The notes: generated by a model from the sequence alone, not told the origin. A stretch of DNA of 63,240 nucleotides, filler included, from Octopus bimaculoides (GCF_001194135.2; 3 parts of 3 records of this genome joined end to end with filler, not necessarily neighbours in it); one strand, 5' to 3'; positions 12,103-23,720 are shown, counted from the whole stretch's first letter. Numbers and translations are program-made.

Positions 12103-12162
12103 AAGATCTTACAGAAGAGCTGCACACATCTCCTTACTATGTAACAACATACTTTTGCCTTT
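12103..12162 (+). CDS. Candidate internal 60-nt coding exon of unknown product (EDLTEELHTSPYYVTTYFCL)
   Basis: Acceptor atttattttcag|AA and donor TT|gtaagt are both strong. The exon is phase 1-1 and open. No partner exon was identified. Confidence 0.35.
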
Positions 12163-13926
12163 GTAAGTTTTAAGATTAAGCTTATATTGTTTCTTCCTCT
12201 ATATTTAACAAATATATTGCACCTAACAATTTAACAATAGCAATGCAATATATTGCAGTTAACAAGTATTGTTAATTTGAGTTATTTTTATATTTTCCTT
12301 TTTTTTAATTCTGGAATAATGATATGAAATGAGTAACATAGATAGTTTGATGCATATTGCTAGCATATACACTTAATAAATATGTATATATGTATAATTC
12401 AAAATATGAGTGATAGTATGCATAAAAATTACTTTTCTGATGCACACTCTGATGTATAATGCAATATTTCTTACTATACTAACAACAACATCATGCCCAT
12501 GAATGACAACAGAAACACAATAATCCATGTAAAGTAAATGTATCTAGAGATGAAAGCCTCTAAGTAGTTTAGGTATTATGAAGAATATCTGATTCATTGT
12601 ATGATTTCTTTTGTACATGAAGAAATTGTGAATTAATGTCTAACTCCTGGCTGGTAGTAGAAAACAGAAAAAAAGGAGAAAGAAATATCCAGCAACAATG
12701 GTATTTAGTGAATTATAGGGCTTCCAGCAATTTACTGTAAGTTTAGACATCGAAATATTTGTACCAAGACATAGCGATGAGTTGGAGGAAAGAAAAAACA
12801 GAAAGCATAAAACTGTTGTTATTGATTTTATCAGGAATTCTGTTAAGAGTAGTAGATCTGGAGATTAATTGTTTCTCAGAATGGCTATGGAATTGATGGA
12901 TTCTAAGATCCAAATGAAATCTGTTCCTTCCAGCCATTTCTAATTTGTATTATATACATTCTGTAGTAGTTGAAAGAATTTTGAATGAACTACAGGAGAA
13001 CTGACTGAGTTCTGAAAGTCAAACAAATATTGCAAGAAAGTTAATTGTAGAATACTCAAAAAGTTTATCAACATTAAATGTGTAGCATTATATATATGCA
13101 CAAATATACACCCATACACATATATATGCATGTATGTGTATATATATATATATATANNNNNNNNNNNNNNNNNNNNNNNNNNNNNNNNNNNNNNNNNNNN
13201 NNNNNNNNNNNNNNNNNNNNNNNNNNNNNNNNNNNNNNNNNNNNNNNNNNNNNNNNNNNNNNNNNNNNNNNNNNNNNNNNNNNNNNNNNNNNNNNNNNNN
13301 NNNNNNNNNNNNNNNNNNNNNNNNNNNNNNNNNNNNNNNNNNNNNNNNNNNNNNNNNNNNNNNNNNNNNNNNNNNNNNNNNNNNNNNNNNNNNNNNNNNN
13401 NNNNNNNNNNNNNNNNNNNNNNNNNNNNNNNNNNNNNNNNNNNNNNNNNNNNNNNNNNNNNNNNNNNNNNNNNNNNNNNNNNNNNNNNNNNNNNNNNNNN
13501 NNNNNNNNNNNNNNNNNNNNNNNNNNNNNNNNNNNNNNNNNNNNNNNNNNNNNNNNNNNNNNNNNNNNNNNNNNNNNNNNNNNNNNNNNNNNNNNNNNNN
13601 NNNNNNNNNNNNNNNNNNNNNNNNNNNNNNNNNNNNNNNNNNNNNNNNNNNNNNNNNNNNNNNNNNNNNNNNNNNNNNNNNNNNNNNNNNNNNNNNNNNN
13701 NNNNNNNNNNNNNNNNNNNNNNNNNNNNNNNNNNNNNNNNNNNNNNNNNNNNNNNNNNNNNNNNNNNNNNNNNNNNNNNNNNNNNNNNNNNNNNNNNNNN
13801 NNNNNNNNNNNNNNNNNNNNNNNNNNNNNNNNNNNNNNNNNNNNNNNNNNNNNNNNNNNNNNNNNNNNNNNNNNNNNNNNNNNNNNNNNNNNNNNNNNNN
13901 NNNNNNNNNNNNNNNNNNNNNNNNNN

Positions 13927-13966
<40 letters not shown>

Positions 13967-15001
13967 GCGTATAAGAAGGGATGACCACTAGGTGGTCATC
14001 CAATATGCTAGAAAGAGGTGATCAACGACCCAACCACAAAAGAAAAATTATGCTCTCTAGAAAAATTCAGCAAAAATACACAGAGCTTAGGCAGGCAGGA
14101 CAAAATGAAAAATATATAAAAATAAAGAATCAATTGTGTACCTGAGGAGAGTCATTTTCTTATCATGCCTTAAAATTTAACACACTCACCGTTAAAATTT
14201 CCACTTCTTATTTTTATTTTCCTAAAATTTTCGTTGCATCTTGCAACCTTTTCAATAGTCTTGACCCTGTCCGTTATTCACGTTGCGTTCTGTTTTTGCT
14301 TTTTATTTTTGCGCATGCGTGTGTCTCAGTGTGTGTGTATGTATGTATGCTTGCATGTATGTCTGTGTGTGTGTGCATATGTATATATGTATGTATGTGC
14401 GTGTATGTATATATGCATGTATGTGTGTGTTTGCATGTATGTATGTATTCTGCATTTGTGTGTGTGTGTTTTTTTTTAAATTTTTATGTATGTGTGTGTG
14501 TGTGTGTATATGTATGTATGTACTTCTGTCTCCTTGTGTGTGTATGTCTGAGTGTGTGTGTGCGTGTGTGCTTTGCTGCTATGTACCATGTTTGCATGTA
14601 TGGGTGCACATCTTCATATGTGTGGACAAATGTGTATGTATATGTGGTCATGTGTTTCAGTCTCTATTTGCCTATGTGGTTGTCTGTTCATATACCCTAT
14701 GTACCTACCCATACATACATGTGCATGCACACACACACACACACACACCCACACTCACAGACATACATACCTCTATCTGCATAATAGCCCATCAACTGTT
14801 CTACTTTACCTGTGTAAAATGTGGGTATGGAGGTATGATATCTACGTATATTTCCTATTTAGTATTGTGTACCTGTTTCCCATTAACTCTTTTACTTACG
14901 TAAAATCATCTGTGATTCATCAGCACAATCCGTTCTAACATCAATATAATTTGCAGAACTATACACGAATTGTCTTCTTAAAATTAGACGTGCTTACAGT
15001 T

Positions 15002-16420
15002 CTACCAATTAAATTGCAGTTGTCTAATCTGTAATATAGTATCAGTCGTGCTCCTGCCTGGCACAAATAGGAACTGCATCTCATCTATACTAAATGTCTC
15101 CCTAATCAATTGAGCTATGACCCTTTCTGTGACTTTCATTGCCTGGTCTAGCAATTTGATGCCTCTGTAATTATTTCTGTCTAAGACATCACTTTTGCCT
15201 TTGTAGCATTTGACTATAATGCTGCTACACCAATCATTGGGTATGGCTCCCTCATGGACAACCTGATTAACTATACTGGTGACTAGGCTATATCCTACTC
15301 CACCAGATATTTTAAGCATCTGAGCAGTGATTTCTGATGGGCCGGTAGCTTTCCTTCTCTTTATATCCTCAATTGCTTCATCTACCAAGGTACTGTTGAT
15401 TTGGATAGTAGGTCCCTCAGTTGGGTCAACTTTTGACAGACTCTTCTTGTCCCATTCATTTTCTACAGTTAACAGTCTTTCATAATGGCATTTCCAAGCC
15501 TCTTTCTTTGCAGAATCATTAAATACAAGTAAACCATCATCCATGCAGACACATTTTTTTCCTGACATCACAGTCTTCTCTCACACCAATCTGTCTTGCA
15601 ATCTGAAATCTGAAACACTTCAAGTTTCTTGTCCTCATGTCGCAGAACATTGACAAACTTCTTTTCTGTTACATCCCTGGCTAGATATTCCTGCCCACTA
15701 GCTTTCATTCTGGCTATCAGACACTATTCCCTGCTACACCCACACTTATAGTCCTTCTAGGCCTGTTTCTTTGCTCTAATGGCATTGTCTACAAAATAAT
15801 TCACCCTCAGGCTGAATGGGACCTTGTTCCAGCTGCAGATTTGGTTAGTGGCATTCAGCAAGCTATCCTGTAGGGATTCCCAGTTGCACTCTATTTTACT
15901 TGTCTGTAGTCCCCCCCACTTCTCATCAATTTTCTCAATTAGGGTGTCCTTAAATCTCTGTCAATACAGAGGATCCTTAAACTTTCAGATCCTCTTGGCA
16001 TCCTTCTGGCCTGAAGTCTAATGCTGCTAATGACTTGTCTATGCCATGCGTGTGTGTGTGTGTGGGGGGATACAGTCTTCACCACTGAAGATCTTTGCTT
16101 TTAAGAAGAACCATGTATCTTGCTGTCTGCTGGGAATGTAATTGATCTGGTTAGCATGGTCACCTGATTGATAGGTTGTCAGGTGACTGTCTAGCTTCCT
16201 TAAGTTGCAAATTGATAGGTTATTCGCATCACAGAACTTCAGTAGCTTTGTTCCCTCTTCACTCCAGGAAATAATTCCATGACCTCTATGTAAACTACAG
16301 AAGATAACTGGTCGCTGCCCAACATGTCTATTGAAATCACCAGCCACAAAGGTGAGATTATTGTCATTTATCTTTGAGGTAGCCTGCAGAAGTATACCAT
16401 AAGAGCGGCATATATACATG
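15002..16420 (-). mobile_element. RTE-clade LINE fragment (end of APE endonuclease plus RT N-terminus)
   Basis: ORF 16039-16419 contains FVAGDFNRHVG. ORF 15002-15571 contains KATGPSEI..EMLK, DWCSSIIVKCYKGKSDVLDRNNYRGIKLL and GRSTTD. Confidence 0.92.
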
Positions 16421-16492
16421 TGTATATATATACATATATATATTTATGTGTGTGTCTGTGTCTGTATATAAACATATATGTATATGTGTGTA

Positions 16493-16549
<57 letters not shown>

Positions 16550-16852
16550 AAAGAATGAAAATGGATAAAAATGGATGTATGATTAATTTATTTATATGAT
16601 ATAAAGATAAAGATATTGAAATTTTTTTACAAATGTAACGATACAAATAAATTATAAATTGTAAAGCTCAAAAAATGTGAAAAAACCTACATATATGTTT
16701 CAGTTCTAGCCCCTAGTTGATATGCAATTCTAAGCATTTGGTTATATGCTAAGAAAAGCAACATTTTTTAACTAAATGGGGCAGAACTTCTTCAGGGTAT
16801 TATGAGCTTATAGAACTATTCTGTATTCATCCTTCAAAGAAAAATGCTAACC

Positions 16853-16966
16853 TTGGGTGTGTCGTAAGTAGCTTGCTTATTGGGCAAGTGTATTCTACTA
16901 TAGTCTCGGGCTGACCAAAGACTTGTGAGTGGATTTGGTACATAGAAAATGAAATAAGCCCCTCGT
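16853..16966 (+). mobile_element. SINE family A head (partial, runs into a gap)
   Basis: gtaagtagcttgctt..gggcaagtgtattctactatagtctcgggctgaccaaagacttgtgagtggatttgg. Confidence 0.75.
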
Positions 16967-17202
16967 NNNNNNNNNNNNNNNNNNNNNNNNNNNNNNNNNN
17001 NNNNNNNNNNNNNNNNNNNNNNNNNNNNNNNNNNNNNNNNNNNNNNNNNNNNNNNNNNNNNNNNNNNNNNNNNNNNNNNNNNNNNNNNNNNNNNNNNNNN
17101 NNNNNNNNNNNNNNNNNNNNNNNNNNNNNNNNNNNNNNNNNNNNNNNNNNNNNNNNNNNNNNNNNNNNNNNNNNNNNNNNNNNNNNNNNNNNNNNNNNNN
17201 NN

Positions 17203-17231
<29 letters not shown>

Positions 17232-17233
<2 letters not shown>

Positions 17234-17404
17234 TCAGTATCGTTTAATGTCCGCTTTCCATGCTAGCGTGGGTTGGACGATTTGACTGAGGACTGGTGAA
17301 ACCAGATGGCTGCACCAGGCTCCAATCTGATCTGGCAGAGTTTCTACAGCTGGATGCTCTTCCTAACGCCAACCACTCCAAGAGTATAGTGGGTGCTTTT
17401 ACGT
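17232..17404 (-). mobile_element. RTE LINE 3'UTR terminal fragment
   Basis: catcgtttaatgtccgctttccatgctagcgtgggttggacg..., homologous to 8215-8400 and 18040-18200. Confidence 0.8.
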
Positions 17405-17419
17405 ATGTATGAATGTATA

Positions 17420-17630
17420 TGTCTGTGTGTCTGTGTTTGTCTGCCAAATATTACTTAACAACCAATGCTGGTGTGTTTACGCCCCCAGTCACTTAGCAGT
17501 TCGGCAAGAGAGACCGATAGAATAAGTACTAGGCTTACAAAGAATAAGTCCCGGGGTCGATTTGCTTGACTAAAGGCGGTGCTCCAGCATGGCCGCAGTC
17601 AAATGACTGAAACAAATAAAAGAATAAAAA
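17420..17630 (+). mobile_element. SINE family A tail
   Basis: gagaccgatagaataagtactaggcttacaaagaataagtcccggggtcgatttgcttgactaaaggcggtgctccagcatggccgcagtcaaatgactgaaac. Confidence 0.85.
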
Positions 17631-18039
17631 GAATTAGTTCTATAAGCTCATAATAACCCTGAAGAAGTTCTGCCCCATTTAGTTAAAAAATGATGCCTTT
17701 CTTAGCATATAACCAAATTGCATATCAACTGGGGGCTAGGTCTGAAACATATATGTAGGTCTTTTCACATTTTTTTGAGCTTTACAACTTATAATTTATT
17801 TGTATTGTTATGTTTCTAAAAAATGTCAACATCTTTATATCATTCAAATAAATTATTCATACATCCATCTATCTCCACTTTCCTTCAGTATTTATATGTA
17901 TTACTACAATAATCCTTAACATATCACAGTGACTTTTGTATTATATGATAGTGATTAACCAGCAGAATCTTTTGAATTATATAATCCCTAACGTGGATCT
18001 AACTTGCTTGAATTGACTATTTATATATCATCATCAGCA

Positions 18040-18356
18040 GCAGCATCGTTTAACGTCCGCTTTCCATGCTAGCATGGGTTGGACAATTTGACTTAGGACT
18101 GGTGAAACCAGATGGCTACGCCAGGCTCCAATCTGATTTGGCAGAGTTTCTACAGCTGGATGCCCTTCCCAACGCCAACCACTCAGAGAGTGTAGTGGGT
18201 GCTTTTTACGTGTCACCCGCACGAAGGCCAGTCAGGCGGTACTGGCAACGGCCACGCTCAAAATGGTGCATTTTATGTGCCACCCGCACAAGAGCCAGTC
18301 CAGAGGCACTGGCAACGATCTCGCTCGAAAATCCCACGAAGGCCAGCCAGGCGACA
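18040..18356 (-). mobile_element. RTE LINE 3'UTR fragment (young, CpG retained)
   Basis: Same 3' end as the other copies, (CAT)n-cgtttaacgtccgctttccatgctagc, with internal tandem subunits. Confidence 0.85.
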
Positions 18357-18877
18357 NNNNNNNNNNNNNNNNNNNNNNNNNNNNNNNNNNNNNNNNNNNN
18401 NNNNNNNNNNNNNNNNNNNNNNNNNNNNNNNNNNNNNNNNNNNNNNNNNNNNNNNNNNNNNNNNNNNNNNNNNNNNNNNNNNNNNNNNNNNNNNNNNNNN
18501 NNNNNNNNNNNNNNNNNNNNNNNNNNNNNNNNNNNNNNNNNNNNNNNNNNNNNNNNNNNNNNNNNNNNNNNNNNNNNNNNNNNNNNNNNNNNNNNNNNNN
18601 NNNNNNNNNNNNNNNNNNNNNNNNNNNNNNNNNNNNNNNNNNNNNNNNNNNNNNNNNNNNNNNNNNNNNNNNNNNNNNNNNNNNNNNNNNNNNNNNNNNN
18701 NNNNNNNNNNNNNNNNNNNNNNNNNNNNNNNNNNNNNNNNNNNNNNNNNNNNNNNNNNNNNNNNNNNNNNNNNNNNNNNNNNNNNNNNNNNNNNNNNNNN
18801 NNNNNNNNNNNNNNNNNNNNNNNNNNNNNNNNNNNNNNNNNNNNNNNNNNNNNNNNNNNNNNNNNNNNNNNNNNNNN

Positions 18878-18947
<70 letters not shown>

Positions 18948-18982
18948 TGTATATGTATATATATATATACATGTTCATATAT

Positions 18983-19363
18983 GAGGTATAATCAAAAAGT
19001 ATCTGACCTTTGGCATAAAAACCAGTAATATTAAAAATCTCACCATTTTGATTTCGTCTCCTTCAAAGTATTTGCTTTGGGAGTCTACAAACTTCTGCCA
19101 TCATTCCTGTCACTGCTAGAAACATTTCTGGAAATCGCATTTTGGGATTCTGTAGAGCTGTAGTCGAATTTTGCTTACTGTCAGTTTGCGTTCTGGCGGG
19201 AACGGTACGAGGCAGTTGCCGTTTCAAATAATAGTCAGTCAGGTGATGACAAGGAAAGAGATGTTTTCTACTACGCTCGCGTGTGTTAATATTTATAGTA
19301 GTGAGAGAAGATGGTTTCTTTGTATATAATGGCGATAGGTAGTTTCACTACACATGTATACAT

Positions 19364-19395
<32 letters not shown>

Positions 19396-19592
19396 GTGCA
19401 TGTGTATGTTTGGAACAGCAGACAGACTAGTTACCACAGCAATCAAAAGGAAACTTAGAAGAAAAAGAGAGATGCACCATCTGAGGGATAGATCAAGACC
19501 CTTAATAAGTAGTATGAGAGAGCATCTGCTGATGAAAGACAAGACATCAGGGATTTGACATACATACATGTAAATTTGCATACACACACACA

Positions 19593-19645
<53 letters not shown>

Positions 19646-19830
19646 GCTCAAAGTGTAGTCTGAAAGTATCTGACCTTATTTTTTTGCACAAAATAATAAT
19701 GTTTGAGCAATATCCACATAAGTATTAGGTGGCTACATCTTTCCTGAGCACGTGCAAAACTTTTTGTTTGTAGATTTCGCCAGAACGCAAACTGACCAAT
19801 CACAGCCCCTAATAAGGTCAGGTGATAGTG
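18983..19830. mobile_element. Mariner-like non-autonomous remnants
   Basis: Two same-orientation TIR-like ends (gaggtataatcaaaaagtatctgacc at ~18984; gtgtagtctgaaagtatctgacc at ~19653). An internal inverted pair gtcagtttgcgttctggcg / cgccagaacgcaaactgac is also present. Confidence 0.4.
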
Positions 19831-19849
19831 TTCTTCTAATGCCTTCTGT

Positions 19850-20607
19850 GGAGCCTACTTTCAGCTATAAATAGACTAAATTATACCCGCCAAATTCGTC
19901 GCGATTCAGATCTCTTAGAGACCTGTTCCATGTACCACACAGAACAGCAGCAGCAGTTCCAGCGACGACATCAACAGCATCTCCAACGACGACTACCAGC
20001 ATCGTCCTCGCCAACAGCGTCAACATGACTTCTACGTACACAAGCTAACCAAACTACCGCGGCACTTATCTTCGATTCTGTTTGTGTGATTCATCTTCAC
20101 CACGATAAATAATAGACAAGAACCCGGCTCGNNNNNNNNNNNNNNNNNNNNNNNNNNNNNNNNNNNNNNNNNNNNNNNNNNNNNNNNNNNNNNNNNNNNN
20201 NNNNNNNNNNNNNNNNNNNNNNNNNNNNNNNNNNNNNNNNNNNNNNNNNNNNNNNNNNNNNNNNNNNNNNNNNNNNNNNNNNNNNNNNNNNNNNNNNNNN
20301 NNNNNNNNNACACACTCTTTTCTTTACACGACGGCCTGTCTTTTATTATGTTTTATTATGTCGCACTCACACTCACACAGAGACATACATTTTAATGCTA
20401 CAATAAATATTACTGTTATTCATCTTTATCGGTTGTGTCCTATCTTGTATCTTATTGGCATTTACGAATTCACTATGTTATCGAAGTATAACATATGTAT
20501 ATCATTTGATATATTTTGTGTTCGACCGTGTGACGCGTTTAAGAAAGGAGCCCTGTTTTTCCATTCGTCACCATTTCTCCTTTTGGGTTCGCACGGTCGT
20601 TCTTACA
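19850..20607 (+). mobile_element. Possible solo LTR (contains a gap)
   Basis: CpG-rich block starting TGT with tataaata shortly after, an aataaa at ~20402, and ending ...cttACA. No TSD was found. Confidence 0.3.
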
Positions 20608-20694
20608 TATATATATATATGTATATGTATATATCGCTAGTAGAAAACATAAATCCAAAAGAAGAAGCACACTCTAAGATGTACAGCAGTATAT

Positions 20695-21003
20695 ATTAAA
20701 AATGGGGAAGGCTTGTTTATGAGATTACCTTAGGCTTCCCATCCATATGGGGTTTAACTTCATGGCATATCCTCAGTCCCAAAACCTGTTGGCCCATGTT
20801 TATTTATACATACACAAAAACATACATACAAATATCCATACATATCTACATTTATACATGCACATTTTTTATCTTTTCTTGTTTACCTGTTTCAACTCTG
20901 GACTGCCAACAAGTTTTGGGATCTGATGAGACGCCATGAAGCTGATCCATTATGAACGGAAAACCTAAGTTAATCCCATAAACTGGCCTTCCCCATTTTT
21001 AAT
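20695..21003. mobile_element. MITE-like element with ~100-bp imperfect terminal inverted repeats
   Basis: attaaaaatggggaaggcttgtttatgagattacc...cccaaaacctgttggc pairs with gccaacaagttttggga...taatcccataaactggccttccccatttttaat. Confidence 0.75.
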
Positions 21004-21092
21004 GTGTGTGTGTGCATGTGTGTATGTCTTTACCTATATACATATGTGTATATATATATGTACATGAGTGTGTATGTATACATATGTACATG

Positions 21093-21124
<32 letters not shown>

Positions 21125-21959
21125 NNNNNNNNNNNNNNNNNNNNNNNNNNNNNNNNNNNNNNNNNNNNNNNNNNNNNNNNNNNNNNNNNNNNNNNNNNNN
21201 NNNNNNNNNNNNNNNNNNNNNNNNNNNNNNNNNNNNNTATATATATGTGTAGATGTGTATGTGTGTGTATTTATATATATATATATATATATCGATTTAA
21301 ATAAGAGCTAAAAGATGGTCCATTGTAAAAACTTTATATATATACATTTATATGTATGTATATGTATTTCTATTCATATACATGTAACAAGAGGGAGAAA
21401 TAAAGGATGTCAAGCAAGTCTAATATTACTGTTTATTCTCTAGTTTTAAATTCTCCTATTCTGCTCCTCTAAATTACCGCATATATACATGTGTTTGAAC
21501 ATATCCATATCTATCTCTTTATCTATCATATAGATATGAATATATGTGTGAGTACACGTGAGTGTATGTGTGTGTATGGGTATATATGTGAGTGTATATA
21601 TGTATATATGTACGTTAAATATATGTATTTGTGTGTATATGCATGTACATCTATATATTTATATCCCTAAATTATAGATATTCTCATTTGTGCAAATTTC
21701 TGTGTATGTGAAGATGCACACAAATTTTTGTTTAGTTGCTTATTGGACGACATAATTGGAAAACCATTTGTAAAATATGAATTATCCACATGACACTGGA
21801 ATTGATTTTTAAAATCTCTCAAGAATAATTCAGGAGTGTGTAATTTTTGACCAACTGTATACACCCATAGCTCTTCGACCTGTAACTTCTTTGATAAGTG
21901 CCAATACACAAAACTCTTGGCCCCTGAGTCACTTTGTTGCTTCTGATAAGCTACGTATT

Positions 21960-21993
<34 letters not shown>

Positions 21994-22051
21994 GTAATAT
22001 ATATATATATATATATGTAGAAGGTTGAAAAAGAGCACACAGGATGATATG

Positions 22052-22962
22052 TATAAGGAAAATAAGTCAAGGTAGAAAATGCTAAAATAATTTTATCATG
22101 AAAAGCATTTCTGTACCTGTTTCAGTCATTCAGACTTTTTCAACTCTAAGTCTGGAAAACAATTAAATTGTGGAAAAATTAAATGAAAAGTTTTTTAAAA
22201 AACTATGTGGTAAGTAGCTTCCAGGTTCAGTCTCATTGTGTGGCACCTTGGGCAAGTGTCTTCTACTATACCCTCAGACCAATCAAAGCCTTGTGAGTGG
22301 ATTTGGTAGATGGAAACTGAAAGACGCCCATCATATATATATATATATATAGATGTTTTCGATCTAGTTTGGATTCTTTGCCATCAAATTCGATGGCAAA
22401 GAATCCAAACTAGATCAAAAACATCTATATATGTTTGTGTTTCTGTATTTGTCCCCCAAACATCACTTGTGCTTACATCCCTGTCACTTAGCAGTTTGGC
22501 AAGAGAGACCGATAGAATAAGTATTAGGCTTACAAAGAATAAGTCCTGGGGTCGATTTGCTTGACAAACGGCAGTGCTCCAGCTTGGCCACAGTCAAATG
22601 AGTGAAACAAATAAAATAAAATAAAAAGTATTCAAGTACAAGGGGCATTTTCCTTGTTTCTGCCTGTCTCTGTCTCTGTTTTGTTTTACTCTTGTGGATT
22701 CAAAGTAGTTATGAATTCATAACTACTTTGAGCCACAAGAGTAAAAAAAAGATTGACAGAGACAGGCAGAAACAAGGAAAATGCCCCTTGTATTTGAATA
22801 CTATGGAAATATGTTTTTAAAATCGTTTCATTTAATTTTTCTACAATTTAATTGTTTTCCATACTTGGAGTTGAAAAAGTCTCAATGACTGAAACCAGTA
22901 CTGAAATGTCTTTCATAATAAAATTATTTTAGCATTTTCTACTTTGACTCATTTTCCTTATA
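22052..22962. repeat. ~490-bp fold-back palindrome interrupted in its left arm by a SINE
   Basis: 22052-22203 pairs with ~22803-22962. 22627-22802 is itself a near-perfect palindrome, with a perfect 32-nt core at 22700-22731 centred on GAATTC. Confidence 0.9.
22204..22626 (+). mobile_element. SINE family A copy with a palindrome inside its (TA)n region
   Basis: Head gtggtaagtagct...ccttgggcaagtgtcttc, tail ...gcagtgctccagcttggccacagtcaaatg..(TAAAA)n. Confidence 0.85.
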
Positions 22963-22991
22963 TATCTATCTAACTATCTATCTATCTATCT

Positions 22992-23157
22992 CTGAGTGGT
23001 TGGCGTTAGGAAGGGCATCCAGCTGTAGAAACTCTGCCAAATTTAGACTGGAGCCTGGTGTTGCCATCCGGTTTCACCAGTCCTCAGTGAAATCGTCCAA
23101 CCCATGCTAGCATGGAAAGCGGACGTTAAACGATGATGATGATGATGATGATGATAT
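22992..23157 (+). mobile_element. RTE LINE 3' end with (GAT)n tail
   Basis: gagtggttggcgttaggaagggcatccagctgtagaaactctgcc...ggaaagcggacgttaaacgatgatgat. Confidence 0.85.
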
Positions 23158-23439
23158 ACATATATACCTATATATACCTACATATATATGTACGCCCACA
23201 CATACACACACACATATATATAAATATACATACATCTATATATATACATATATATGTACCTACATATACGGACGTTAAACAATGATGATGATGATGATGA
23301 TGATGATGTATCCCGATATAGTTCTACATTCAGTCTGCTGCGTGGCTATCTTGGTATGTCTTCTATTAAACCCTGGGCCAGCTAAATTCTTGTGAGTGGG
23401 TTTGGTAAATATGTATATATCTATGTATGAGTGGCTTTT

Positions 23440-23720
23440 TGTTTCTATTTCTATTAGTCCCTATCGACCACTTTACCACTGGTATTGGTGTGTTTACATC
23501 CCCATAACTTAGCAGTTTCACCAAAGAGAAAAACAGAGTAAGTACCAATCTTTAAAAAAATAAGTATTAGATTTTATTAATTCAACTAAAATCCTTCAAA
23601 GTGGTGTTCTGGCACCACTGCAGTCCTGTGATGAAGCAAGTAAACAATAAACAATTGAAAGCGGTGCTCCAGCATGGCCGCAGTCAAATGACTGATACAA
23701 ATGAAAGAATGGAAGAACAA
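23440..23720 (+). mobile_element. Degenerate SINE family A tail fragments
   Basis: ggtgtgtttacatccccataacttagcagttt... and gcggtgctccagcatggccgcagtcaaatgactga. Confidence 0.6.

Larger units (their letters stand above)
16545..17892. repeat. Long inverted repeat or fold-back element with ~260-280-bp arms and SINE/RTE pieces in the spacer
   Basis: 16545-16822 is the reverse complement of 17630-17892. For example, ggggcagaacttcttcagggtattatgagcttatagaac pairs with gttctataagctcataataaccctgaagaagttctgcccc. Confidence 0.85.

Noticed and set aside
13074-14003. Long ORFs of 250-320 aa across N gaps (also 18066-19028, 39360-40037 and others)
   Set aside because: They consist of X from assembly gaps plus microsatellite translations.
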